A stretch of DNA of 64,000 bases from Thermoplasmata archaeon (lineage in GTDB: Archaea; Thermoplasmatota; E2; JACPAO01; JAHFTW01): positions 256,001 to 320,000 of the forward strand of contig JAXDQS010000010.1 in assembly GCA_034667725.1 (NCBI GenBank). The letters run 5' to 3'. Of this stretch, positions 40,719 through 50,500 are shown in pieces (positions within the stretch are counted from its first letter, which is position 1; each line of letters opens with the position of its first letter). Under the pieces are notes generated by a model that saw only the letters and a program-made list of their open reading frames with translations, had not been told where the DNA came from and did not search any database. Both the position numbers and the translations under genes were made by a program.

Positions 40719-41798
40719 TCACTCGGCAAACAAGTCGGCGCCAAAAGCCCGCAACCGCTTGAGGCCGTGCACGTCCTCGCGGTGCAACGGCAGCAGCACC
40801 CGCGGCACCTCCGGCAGCCGGCGCGCCAGCTCCTCGATGTGCTCCAGGTTCATGGCGCGGCGGATGCGGCTGAACTCGGTGGCGTCCACCAGGCCGGCCA
40901 CGAACGCCGGGTCGTCGCCGGTGGCCGCCGCGGCGGCCCGCGCGAACGCCAGCCGCGCCTCCGGCTTGGCCAGCTGCTGCAGCCGCGCGTCGTGGCCCGC
41001 CACCGGATCCGGCTGCACCTTGTTGACGACGATGCCGCGCACCAGCATCCCCAGGTCGCCCGTCACGGCGTCGTGCAGGTCGCAGGTCTCCTCGACCGGC
41101 AGCTTCTCGGGGATCGTCACCAGCACGAGCGCGGAGTGGTCCGGGTCGGTGAGGAACGCGCGGATGCGCTTGGCCTCCTGCTCGATGTCGCCGAACACCT
41201 TCTCGAAGTCGATGTCCGGCGGCGCGGCGGCGCGGTCGTCCTTCTTGCGCAACAGGTTCTGCACGTTGCGCGCCGCCCCCGACACCTTCTGCCACACCGT
41301 GTAGCCCTTCACCGCCCACTTCAAGAGCGACTTGTCGCCCATCAACTCCTCGATGGCCTTGGGCGCCGACAGGAACGACAGCGCATGGCCCGTCGGCGCC
41401 GTGTCCAGCACCACGACGTCGTACGCGTCCGCCTTGCGGATGTCGTTGAGCTTGCCGATCGCCATCAATTCGTTGAGGCCCGGCATCGCCTTCGTGCCCT
41501 GCCGGAACAACGGATGCTCCGTGATGCGCGCCTCCGGCACCTCGCGCTCCAGGTGCTCCTTGATGACCGCCTCCGGGTCGAGCATCATCGCCCACAGGTT
41601 CGGCTGCACCGGGGTCGCGTCCGCGCCCACCGGGACGCCAAGCGAGTCCTCCAAGCGCTTGGCCGGATCCACCGTCACCAGCAGCACCTTCCGCCCCCGC
41701 TTGGCGAACCACAACGCCGCCGCGGCCGAGCAGGTCGTCTTGCCGACCCCGCCCTTGCCCGCGAAGATCACGAGGCGCTTGGCCTCCAGGTCCCGCAT
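40719..41798 (-). CDS. ArsA/GET3 family ATPase
   Basis: GKGGVGKTT, VDPA, DTAPTGH, VVNKV. Confidence 0.93.
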   Translation of the reverse strand: MRDLEAKRLVIFAGKGGVGKTTCSAAAALWFAKRGRKVLLVTVDPAKRLEDSLGVPVGADATPVQPNLWAMMLDPEAVIKEHLEREVPEARITEHPLFRQGTKAMPGLNELMAIGKLNDIRKADAYDVVVLDTAPTGHALSFLSAPKAIEELMGDKSLLKWAVKGYTVWQKVSGAARNVQNLLRKKDDRAAAPPDIDFEKVFGDIEQEAKRIRAFLTDPDHSALVLVTIPEKLPVEETCDLHDAVTGDLGMLVRGIVVNKVQPDPVAGHDARLQQLAKPEARLAFARAAAAATGDDPAFVAGLVDATEFSRIRRAMNLEHIEELARRLPEVPRVLLPLHREDVHGLKRLRAFGADLFAE

Positions 41799-41822
41799 CG
41801 CGCGGGCACCGGCACCGGCACC

Positions 41823-42494
41823 ATGAAGCCTCGCCCCCGTGTCGCCGCCGCCGTGCGCGAGCATGCGGTGTGGGAGAAGATCGCGCACTCGTTCGACCAG
41901 TCGCGCACCCGCACTTGGCCGCACGTCGCCGCCTTCCTCCAAGCCCTCCCCGCCGAAAGCCGCGTGCTCGACCTCATGGCCGGCAACGGCCGCCACCTCC
42001 CCCCCATCCTCGCCGCCGGCCACCACGCCACCTGGCTCGACTGGAGCCGCCCCGCCGCCCGCATCGCCGCCCGCCGCCACCCGCAGGCGCACGCCATCGT
42101 CGCCGACGCCACGGCACTCCCCGTCGCCGACGGCAGCTTCGACGCCGCCATCCTGGTCGCTGGCCTCCACTCCATCCCCACCGCGGCCGGCCGCGCCAAG
42201 TGCCTCGCCGAGCTGCGCCGCGCCCTGCGCCCCGACGGCCGCGTCCAGGTCACGGTGTGGAGCCGCGACGCGCCCCGGTTCCGCGCCGAAGGTATCCCCG
42301 GCGAACCGGTGGACGTCACGATCCCTTGGCGCAGCCACGGCCACGACGAGCCACGCCGCTACCACCTCTACACCCCCGCCGCGCTGCGGGCCGACGTCGA
42401 GACGGCGGGGTTCGAGGTCGTGCGCGAGCAGGCCGTGGCCGTCGTCAGCCGGGAAGGACCGGACAACCTGGTCGTGGAAGCCCGCCGCCCGTGA
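41823..42494 (+). CDS. Class I SAM-dependent methyltransferase (Trm9/ALKBH8-like)
   Basis: WEKIAHSFDQSR...W..V..FL, VLDLMAGNGRH, DATALP..DGSFD, RRYHLY. Confidence 0.82.
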   Translation: MKPRPRVAAAVREHAVWEKIAHSFDQSRTRTWPHVAAFLQALPAESRVLDLMAGNGRHLPPILAAGHHATWLDWSRPAARIAARRHPQAHAIVADATALPVADGSFDAAILVAGLHSIPTAAGRAKCLAELRRALRPDGRVQVTVWSRDAPRFRAEGIPGEPVDVTIPWRSHGHDEPRRYHLYTPAALRADVETAGFEVVREQAVAVVSREGPDNLVVEARRP

Positions 42495-42542
42495 CGGCGT
42501 GCGAGGGCTTATCGCGGCCCCCCAAGTCGCCGCGGCACGACC

Positions 42543-43418
42543 ATGCAGGTGCTCGCGGGCTCCGCCTCCAAGCCGTTCGCCACGGCGCTTGCCGCCGACA
42601 TGGCCGCCCCCCTCGTGGACGCCGAGATTCGCCGCTTCCCCGACGGCGAAGCCTACGTCCGCCTCCTCGGCGACGTGCGCGGCACCGACCTCGCCATCGT
42701 GCAAGCCACCACCCCCGACGCCCACCTGGTCGAGATGCTGCTTTTGGCCGACGCCGCCCGCGAAGCCGGCGCCGGCTGCCTCACCGCCGTCATCCCATAC
42801 CTCGGCTACGCCCGCCAAGACCGCGTGTTCGCGCCCGGCGAAGCCGTCAGCAGCCGCGCCACCCTCAAGGCGCTCGCCTCCGCCTTCGACCGCCTCGTGA
42901 CCGTGGACCCCCACAAGCCGGAAGTGCTGCGGTTCTTCGGCGACGCCCACGCCATCACCGCCATCCCCCAGCTCGCCGCCGAGCTCGCCCGCTGGGGCGT
43001 CGACGCCATCCTCGCCCCCGACAAAGGCGCCCGCGACCGCGCCGAGGCCGCAGCCAAGCTCGTCGGCGTCCCCGTCGACCACATGGAGAAGACCCGCCTC
43101 AGCGCCACCGAGGTCCGCATGAACGCCAAGGAGCTCGACGTCCGCGGCCGCCGTGTTGCCATCGTCGACGACCTCATCGCCAGCGGCGGCACCATGGCCA
43201 CCGCCGCCTTGCAGTTGAAGGCCCAAGGCGCCACCCACGTCTACGCCGCCTGCACCCACGGCGTCTTCACCGACAACGCCGTCCCCCGCCTCCTGGGCAG
43301 CGGCATCGACCGCGTCCTGGCCACCGACACCCTCCCCCACCACCCCGGCTGCCACACCGTGAGCGCCTCCCCCGCCGTCGCCGGCCTCCTCCGGGCCCAA
43401 ATCCCCTCCAGCCTCTGA
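42543..43418 (+). CDS. prs: Ribose-phosphate pyrophosphokinase
   Basis: RRFPDGEAYVR, PYLGYARQD, APDKGA, VDDLIASGGT, CTHG. Confidence 0.96.
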   Translation: MQVLAGSASKPFATALAADMAAPLVDAEIRRFPDGEAYVRLLGDVRGTDLAIVQATTPDAHLVEMLLLADAAREAGAGCLTAVIPYLGYARQDRVFAPGEAVSSRATLKALASAFDRLVTVDPHKPEVLRFFGDAHAITAIPQLAAELARWGVDAILAPDKGARDRAEAAAKLVGVPVDHMEKTRLSATEVRMNAKELDVRGRRVAIVDDLIASGGTMATAALQLKAQGATHVYAACTHGVFTDNAVPRLLGSGIDRVLATDTLPHHPGCHTVSASPAVAGLLRAQIPSSL

Positions 43419-43478
43419 AAACGCCTATAAGGGAGGGCCGAGTCGCCGCGCCTGCCCCCTAGGGGACCGTGACCCTTC

Positions 43479-43586
43479 ATGAAGCGAAGCTCCCGCGCCT
43501 GGAAGAAGCCAGGCAAGCAACGCTGGAAGTGGCGCAAAAAGAAAATGCGCCGCCGAAAGCGTGCCCAGAAGATGCGCAAGGCGTAA
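43479..43586 (+). CDS. rpl41e: 50S ribosomal protein L41e (35 aa; not in the ORF track)
   Basis: MKRSSRAWKKPGKQRWKWRKKKMRRRKRAQKMRKA; CTATAAG upstream; hairpin and pyrimidine tract downstream. Confidence 0.85.
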   Translation: MKRSSRAWKKPGKQRWKWRKKKMRRRKRAQKMRKA

Positions 43587-43659
43587 GCCCGCAACACTGG
43601 CGAAGGCTTCGCCTTCCCTGTTTTCCCTCTCTTTCCCAGACACCCTCAAACTCCGCACC

Positions 43660-43825
43660 GGGGACATGGTGCAACCAGGCAACATTGCTGGCTCCAGTGA
43701 TGGAAATGACGAGAAGAGGGTCAGCTGTACTGCCCAGGGTAGCTCCTTGGGACCAGTGATGATTCACTGGAGCGCTGATCCATCGGAGTGACCAGCCGAT
43801 CTGGGTTCAAATCCCAGTGTCCCCA
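43660..43825 (+). tRNA. tRNA-Trp(CCA) with a 93-nt intron at 37/38 (exons 43660-43697 and 43791-43825)
   Basis: Acceptor stem GGGGACA/TGTCCCC-A; anticodon stem GCTGG/CCAGC with CCA at 43694-43696; T-arm CTGGG-TTCAAAT-CCCAG; canonical BHB (CTCC/GGAG central helix, GATGG/CCATC outer helix). Confidence 0.95.
43698..43790 (+). ncRNA. Intron-encoded box C/D guide RNA (predicted Cm34 of pre-tRNA-Trp)
   Basis: Box C ATGACGA at 43706, C' GTGATGA at 43756, D CTGA at 43775. Guide TCACTGGAGC is complementary to 43691-43700, and the D+5 base pairs with C34. Confidence 0.85.
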
Positions 43826-43826
43826 T

Positions 43827-43849
43827 CACACAAACAGGCACACAAACAG
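43827..43849 (+). repeat. Tandem 11-bp direct repeat CACACAAACAG (possible integrase arm-type sites)
   Basis: Copies at 43827-43837 and 43839-43849, starting 2 nt after the tRNA discriminator. Confidence 0.55.
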
Positions 43850-43895
43850 AGGGCGTTGGCTCATATACCGCGCCAAGCGCCAGGACCTCTGTCAC

Positions 43896-44351
43896 ATGCC
43901 AGAACAACCGAAGCCGGGCCGCGGCATCGGCCGGCTCATCCGCAAGCCTGCCGCCGAGCGGACGCCCGAGGAGCGCGAGGAAGTCGCCCGCTACCTTCGG
44001 GAGAAGGACTACCACAAGGACAGGCTCCACGTCCACGCCAGCCAGGAACTCATCCAGGGTTGGCGGGAGGCAGCCAAGGCCCGCGGAATGAAGACGGCCC
44101 CCTGGGTCGTGCTTGCAGTTCAGAACTACCTGCGCGGCCGCGACGACGTCGTGGACGCCCTCAAGGCGGAACTCGTGCGCGCCAACGAGCGGGCCCTCGA
44201 CGCGCAGCGGACAATGGCCGAGACCATCCGGAAGTACGGCGACCAGCACGACTTGGCCGCGAGGATCCAAGCCTACCTGACGGAAGCACTGCAGATCAAC
44301 CAGGAACTGCGCGCCCGCGTCGCAGCGATGGATGGGAGGAGGAGCGAATGA
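43896..44351 (+). CDS. Putative RHH/CopG-like DNA-binding protein with coiled-coil tail
   Basis: RLHVHASQELIQGWREAAKARGMKTAPWVVLAVQNYL (strand-helix-helix) followed by heptads; CATATA ~30 nt upstream. Confidence 0.6.
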   Translation: MPEQPKPGRGIGRLIRKPAAERTPEEREEVARYLREKDYHKDRLHVHASQELIQGWREAAKARGMKTAPWVVLAVQNYLRGRDDVVDALKAELVRANERALDAQRTMAETIRKYGDQHDLAARIQAYLTEALQINQELRARVAAMDGRRSE

Positions 44352-44443
44352 CCGTGCGACGCCCCTCGTGGGCTCCCAAGGACCTCCAGGTCGATGCGCG
44401 CAGCCCAACACCTTTCCGCACCCACGATGACGTGCCGGTTTAA
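44348..44443 (+). pseudogene. 31-codon remnant of a translationally coupled gene
   Basis: GGAGGAGG SD and ATGA overlap, but it stops after MTVRRPSWAPKDLQVDARSPTPFRTHDDVPV. Confidence 0.35.
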
Positions 44444-44556
44444 GCCCGGCGTAAATGAATCGCTGGTCTCCGGGCAAACTTCTTGTAGGCCTTGAGGTCA
44501 GCAAGCCTGCCCATTTTCCTTTTACCCCATCTCGCTGTGAAAAACGGAGCCACTGC

Positions 44557-47500
44557 ATGAGTCGCACACTTGTTTCCCAATCCATGCGCAATCCATTCGC
44601 TCGGGCCCCCACCATTGCCCTTGTCTTGGCCGCGCTCATGCTCGCCTCTTTGCCAGGCGCAGCCGCCTTGGGCGGACTGCCGAACATCCCGGTGTCCCCC
44701 GTCCCGGGGCAAGGATTGGCCACACCCGCCCCCATGCAACCCACCGCAATCGCGTCTTTTGGCCGCGCGAGCGGCCCGACGTTTCCGGCAGGCTCGTTTG
44801 AGCAGAACGCTGGCCAATGGCCGTCGCAAGCGCTCTACAAGTTTCGGGCGCCGGGATATGACGCATACCTGACCGCGCGCGGCTTCGTGGTCGCGTTGGC
44901 CAACGTCACGCTTCCCGAGTACACGGATGGCTTGTCGTTCCAGGAAAGCGTCCTCGTCCAGACGAACCTCTACGTCGAGTTCATGGGCGCCAACGGCATC
45001 CACGAAGGAAGCGAGTTGGAAAGCTACAGCACCAACTATCTGATTGGAAACAGCTCTGCAGCTTGGCGCGCGGGCGTTCCAAGCTTCAGGGAAGTCCACG
45101 TCCATGAGCTCTACCCCGGCATCGACCTCCGCTACCATGCCAACTCTGACGGGACGCTCAAGTATGACTTGCTGGTCGAGCCTGGTGCAAACCCTGGAAT
45201 CATCCGCATTCAGTTCAAGGGGGCCGAGAACCTGGCGCTGGACCTCGAAGGCAACCTCTTGATCAAGACCGCCGCAGGCACGGTCCGCCATGGCCGGCCC
45301 GTCAGCTGGCAAGGTTCCGTCCCGGTGGCCGCCGCATACCGGCTTGGCGCCGACAACATTGTGCGCTTGGAGTTAGGCGCCTACGACCATGCCAAGCCGC
45401 TCGTGATCGATCCCCCGCTTTACTCCACGTATTTCGGCGGCAACTTTGCGGAGGAGGGCATTTCGGCCCACGTCGACCCCGTCACGGGTGCCGTGACGAT
45501 GGCCGGGCTCACCTCTTCCACGACTTTCCCCCTGCTAGGTGCCTACCAGTCGACGAACCGGGGTGTTCGCGACGCATTCATCACCCGTTTCGCTCCGGAC
45601 GGGGACGCTATCCTCACGTCGACGTTCTTGGGCGGCAGTCAGGACGAAACGAGCGCCTACGTCGATCTCGGTCCGGGAGGAGAGGTGTACGTTGCCGGCA
45701 CTACCAAGTCGACGGATTTCCCCACACTTGCTGGATATCAGACGACGAAGACGGGTACCTTGGAGGCAGCTTTTATCACGAAGATGGATGCCGCCGCTTC
45801 GAGTCTCACCTACTCCACATACATCAACGCCGCCGCCGGCTTCGCCCATGTTTACTCCTTGGATATCGACGGCAACGGCGAGGCGTTCATCTCAGGGGAA
45901 AGCGGCGCCTACAGCGACCCCCTGTATCCCACCACGCCAGGCTCCTACGCGCCTACCCTGCCTTGGCACTACAACGGCTTCGTCACCAAGCTCGATGCCA
46001 GTGGCACATCGCTCGATTACTCCACTTACCTCAACTGCCATGGCGACTGCAGGCCCTATGACATCGCAGTGGACAGCTTGGGCTCGGCTTACGTCACGGC
46101 CAACATCGCAGGCGGCATCACGGTCACGCCGGGTGCGTACCACACCTCTCCAACGGCCACATACCCCCCGTATTGGTATGGATTCGTGATGAAGTTTAAC
46201 CCCGCAGGTTCGGCGACCGAGTACTCGACCTACATGGAAGGCAGCCCTGCCCAAAACTCCCGCTCCTCCATCGCCATCGACATGGACGGCTACGCCTACA
46301 TCACGGGCAGTCTCAACAACAACGCCTTCCTGACAAAGCTAAATCCAACTGGCACGGGGGCGGCCTTCTCCGTTTCCGTGGGCGGGTCTGGGACGGATTA
46401 CGCCAACGACCTCGTTCTTCTCTCGACGGGCTCCGTAGCTATCATTGGCAACACCCTCTCCTCCGATTTCCCGCTGGCGGGAACCCCCTACCAACAAGCG
46501 AATGGAGGGGCTTGGGACGGGTTCGCGGCGGTCCTTGCAGGCAGCACTGGGGCGCTCGAATACTCAACCTACTTAGGCGGGACCGCGACCGAGGAGGCCA
46601 AGGCGGCGGCTACTGACGCTACGGGCGTTGTATACGTCATAGGAGATACAAAGTCCGCCAATTATCCGGTTACAGAAGACGCCTACCAAAAGACTCGGTT
46701 GGGTACGCGCGACGCCTTCGTGACGAAGGTCGACGTCTTTGCCCCCGCGGCACCCTCTGGCTTAACCGCAACGACCGGCCCGCTGCTTGGCCAAATTACG
46801 CTTTCTTGGACCCCTGGGGCAGCACCGTCTGCCTATCCGGTGCGGCATTACGTCATCTACCGGTCGACCGTCGCAGGAGGCCCCTATGCAGCCGTGGGAT
46901 CCTCGACGTTTCCTTCCTTCGTCGACCATGACCTTCCCACCGGACCCTACTACTATCGCGTCGCCGCCGTCAATGACCGAGGCGAATCGACAAAGTCGGG
47001 CGAGGCGACCGCCATGGCAGCGGGAATGCCGCTTGGAACTGACGGCTTCACCTTGGCAGACTACCAATCGGAATCCCCGACAGGCAATACGCCGTTTGCC
47101 GGCGTGCGGCTCAAATCACCGTGGCCCTCCGCTGCCACGGACGACGCCACGGTGAACCTGGCAAAGGGCGAGTTCGTGGCTCGCCTTCCTTTGCTGCAAA
47201 TGGACAATGACTTCGGCGAGCCGCTGCTCCTGCAGCTTACGTACCGGAGCATCGGCAACGCCGCGGGCCACCCAGGCCTCAGCTGGGGCTGGGACTGCAA
47301 CTGGTTCCAACGCATCGAAGCGGACGGACCCGACTACTTGTACCACACCGGCGATGGGAGGGTGCTGCGTTACACACCCACGACTGGCGGCTACGAAGGT
47401 CCGCCGGGCACCTATTCCATGTTGGTCCCCGTGGCTGGAAAAATGGAGCTACAGGGCCGCGACGGGACTCGGCTCGTGTTCAACCCAGCCATCTCAAACC

Positions 47501-50500
47501 AACTCGAGGAACGGGTGGACCCCGCGGGGAACAGTTGGGCCTTGGTCTACAACCCCGACGGGAGCCTGAACCGCGTCACCGATCCCGCCGGGCGCTACAT
47601 GGTCTTCGCATATGCCACGGCCGGCGCAAGCGCTGGCAATCCATTCTACACGGGTGTCCCGCTACTCCTCGGCATCGCGGACCACACCGGCCGTTCGGTC
47701 GGAATCCAGCGCGGCGTCACGGACGGCCACATCACCTCAGTCCAGACCCCGAGCGACAGTTCCGGCACCGCCTACAAGACCAAACTGCAGTATGGCCCGG
47801 GCCATCTCCTGAACACGTTCCGCGACCCCATGAGCTACGAGTACCTCAAAATCGGCTACGATGGCTTTGGGCGCGTCTTGTCGCAGGTGCAGGCCACCGG
47901 CGCGGCCTGGTTCTTCACATATTACCACGACGCTGGCATCACTGTGGCGTGGGACGCCGCCAGCAACAAGGAAGAATGGCGTTTCCTTCCTTCCGGCGCA
48001 GCGGTCCCTCGGACTGTTCCAACGGCCAAAATCGACTACACTTCGGGCAAGCGGACCACAGACCCCGCATCCTACTCGACGACATACGGCTTCAACGCAC
48101 AGGATGAGATGACCTCCATCATATTTCCTGCGGGCAACTCGGAGACACACACCTACGACGAAACGAATCCGTCCATCTTCGCGCGCGGCAACCTCCTGAG
48201 CTCGACCACGGCCGCCGGCAACGTTCGCACACTCCGGGACGAGACGACCTACAAGGCCTCCATCACGACCCGGTACGAGTACGACCCAATCCACAACGTC
48301 GTGGTGCGAACCATCGACCCGCGCGGGACCGATGGGACCTACGCGCCACCCAACGGAGGCGTTCCCAGCGCGGGCCGCTACACGACGCGCATCTTCTACG
48401 ACTTCGAGGAAGCCACCTTGGGAGACCTGAACGGCGACGGCATTACCTCGGACAGCGACCGGAAACCAGTGAAAATCTCCTATCCGACGGTCAACGCAGG
48501 CGTCACCCTGCCTCCAGCCTTCACGGCCGCCTATCTCAACCAAGCCGCCGTGGAGACATTCCAATGGAACGACGACGGCCAGCTCCTCCGGCACACCGGA
48601 GCTAGCGGCATCGAAGAGGCGCGCTCGTACTTCCCCAATGGCGACCTCAAGGATATCACGATTGATCCGTCGGGCTTCGGCATCAAGACCAGCTTCACGT
48701 ACAACTCCGTTGGGGACGTCACAGGCGTCACCGACCCGAACGGCAATGTCCAGTCGTTTGACGTCGATGGACGAAGCCGCACGCGGATGGAGACGCGCTC
48801 GGGGACGACTCCGAGCCCTGCTTACATGACAAAGCAGGCCTTCGACACCAACGACCAGCTCATCCGACTCGAGCGCGAGACCGACACAGGCACGAACGTC
48901 TTCACGCGGGTAGAGTACGGCTACGACCGGCTCGGCCGCACGGCAAGCAAGACAACCTACGCCGACCGCTCGACAGTCATTGAGGCCGCCTTGGCGGGCC
49001 ACCCAACCCCGCCGCCTGCGGTGTTCACTGACACATTCGAGCACGATGGCAACGGCAATCTGGTCCGCCATGCGAGCGGCTCCGGGGAGACTCAAGAATG
49101 GACGTATGACGAGCGCGGGCTCGTGCTCCAAGCCATCGGCGGCAACGGCCCTGGCTCGTTCGCCTACGACGCGAACGGCAACCTCGCCACCGCGACCGAC
49201 GCCAACGGCAACAGCGCCCGTTTCCAGACGGATGGGCATGGCCGCCAGACCGTGGAGACGGATGCCACAGGCACGGCCGTCATCACCACCTACGATGTCG
49301 CGGGCAACGCCGTGAGCCAAGCCGCCTACGATGGCGCAGGCGGCGGCCGGAAGCTGCGCGAGGTTCGGTCATCCCACGACGAGCGGGGCCAAGTGTTCCG
49401 CATCGACGCCGAGCACATCGTCCCGGAAGGGGAGCGCCGGTCCATCGACGCAGGCACCCTTACCCCTGGCGATGCCTGGGTCACGACATTCCAGGAGTGG
49501 AGCAAGGACGGGAAGCTGTTGCGCCGGACGGACGACAACGGGCATCTCACGCAGTGGACATATGACGCCGCGGGCCGCCTTGAAGTTACGACCGGACCGA
49601 CCGGCGAAACGGTGCGGAATACGTACGACGACAATGGCAACACGCGTTCCGTGGAGCGCAGCGACGGCCTCGGACCGGCGTGTCCGCATAATTGCACGAC
49701 GCTTTTGGACTACGACTTCGAGGACCGCCCTACGGAACAGCAGAATCCCGACGGCACGACGCGCCAGTGGTTCTACGACGGCCGCGGCAACGTCTGGAAG
49801 ACCATCGACGAGAACGGGCACGAGACAATCACGCTCTACGACAACGCCGACCGCCCCTGGGTCACCCGGCAGCAGCCGGCGCCTTCGGTCACGGTCACCA
49901 CCACGACCCATTGGGACCCGGAAGGGCGAGCCCAGACCCGTTGCAACGGCCCCTCCACCACGGACTGCACTTCCTACGAGTACGTTCCCTCGACGGCTTG
50001 GGTCACAGCGGAGACGCCACATCCGACCTCGGGGCTTTCCGGCACCATTCACCGCTACGACGCCGGCGGCAACCGGATCGCGACCATCTACGGCAACGGT
50101 CGGGAAATCCACATGGCCTACGATTCCGTAGGCCACGTGCGCGCCATCGACATCACGGCCGACGCCAGCACCATCGGCACCCTGCACCAATCGTTCACCT
50201 ACGATGCCTTAGGCCAGGTCATCGCCTCAACGGACACCGGTGTCCGCAACATGGGTTCCGGCTTGCCGTCAGGCCTCCCCGAGACCACGGCCACGCAGGC
50301 CTATGACAGCTTCGGCCGGGTCGTCCGCGAAGCCCAGAACGGATTCATGGTCCACTATGTGCGGGACGGCGTCGGCAATGTCGTCGAAACGGTCTACCCT
50401 TCCACGGCCCAAGGCATGGTGGCCATCGACCCAACCGCCCGCGTGATCCTGCGCAGCTACGACATCCGCGACCGAGTGGACCGGGTCTGGGATGCGAAAG

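Noticed and set aside
40719-41798. Arsenite-resistance ArsA call
   Set aside because: It is a single-domain ATPase with no ars operon context and no evident metalloid-binding Cys set, so it is left as ArsA/GET3 family.
43788-43895. N-terminal extension of ORF 43788..44351
   Set aside because: It overlaps tRNA-Trp exon 2. The ATG at 43896, downstream of a TATA-like box, is the plausible start.
44455-44556. ORF-track start of the Rhs gene
   Set aside because: It would bury the signal peptide. ATG 44557 (with GGAG upstream) or 44584 fits better.
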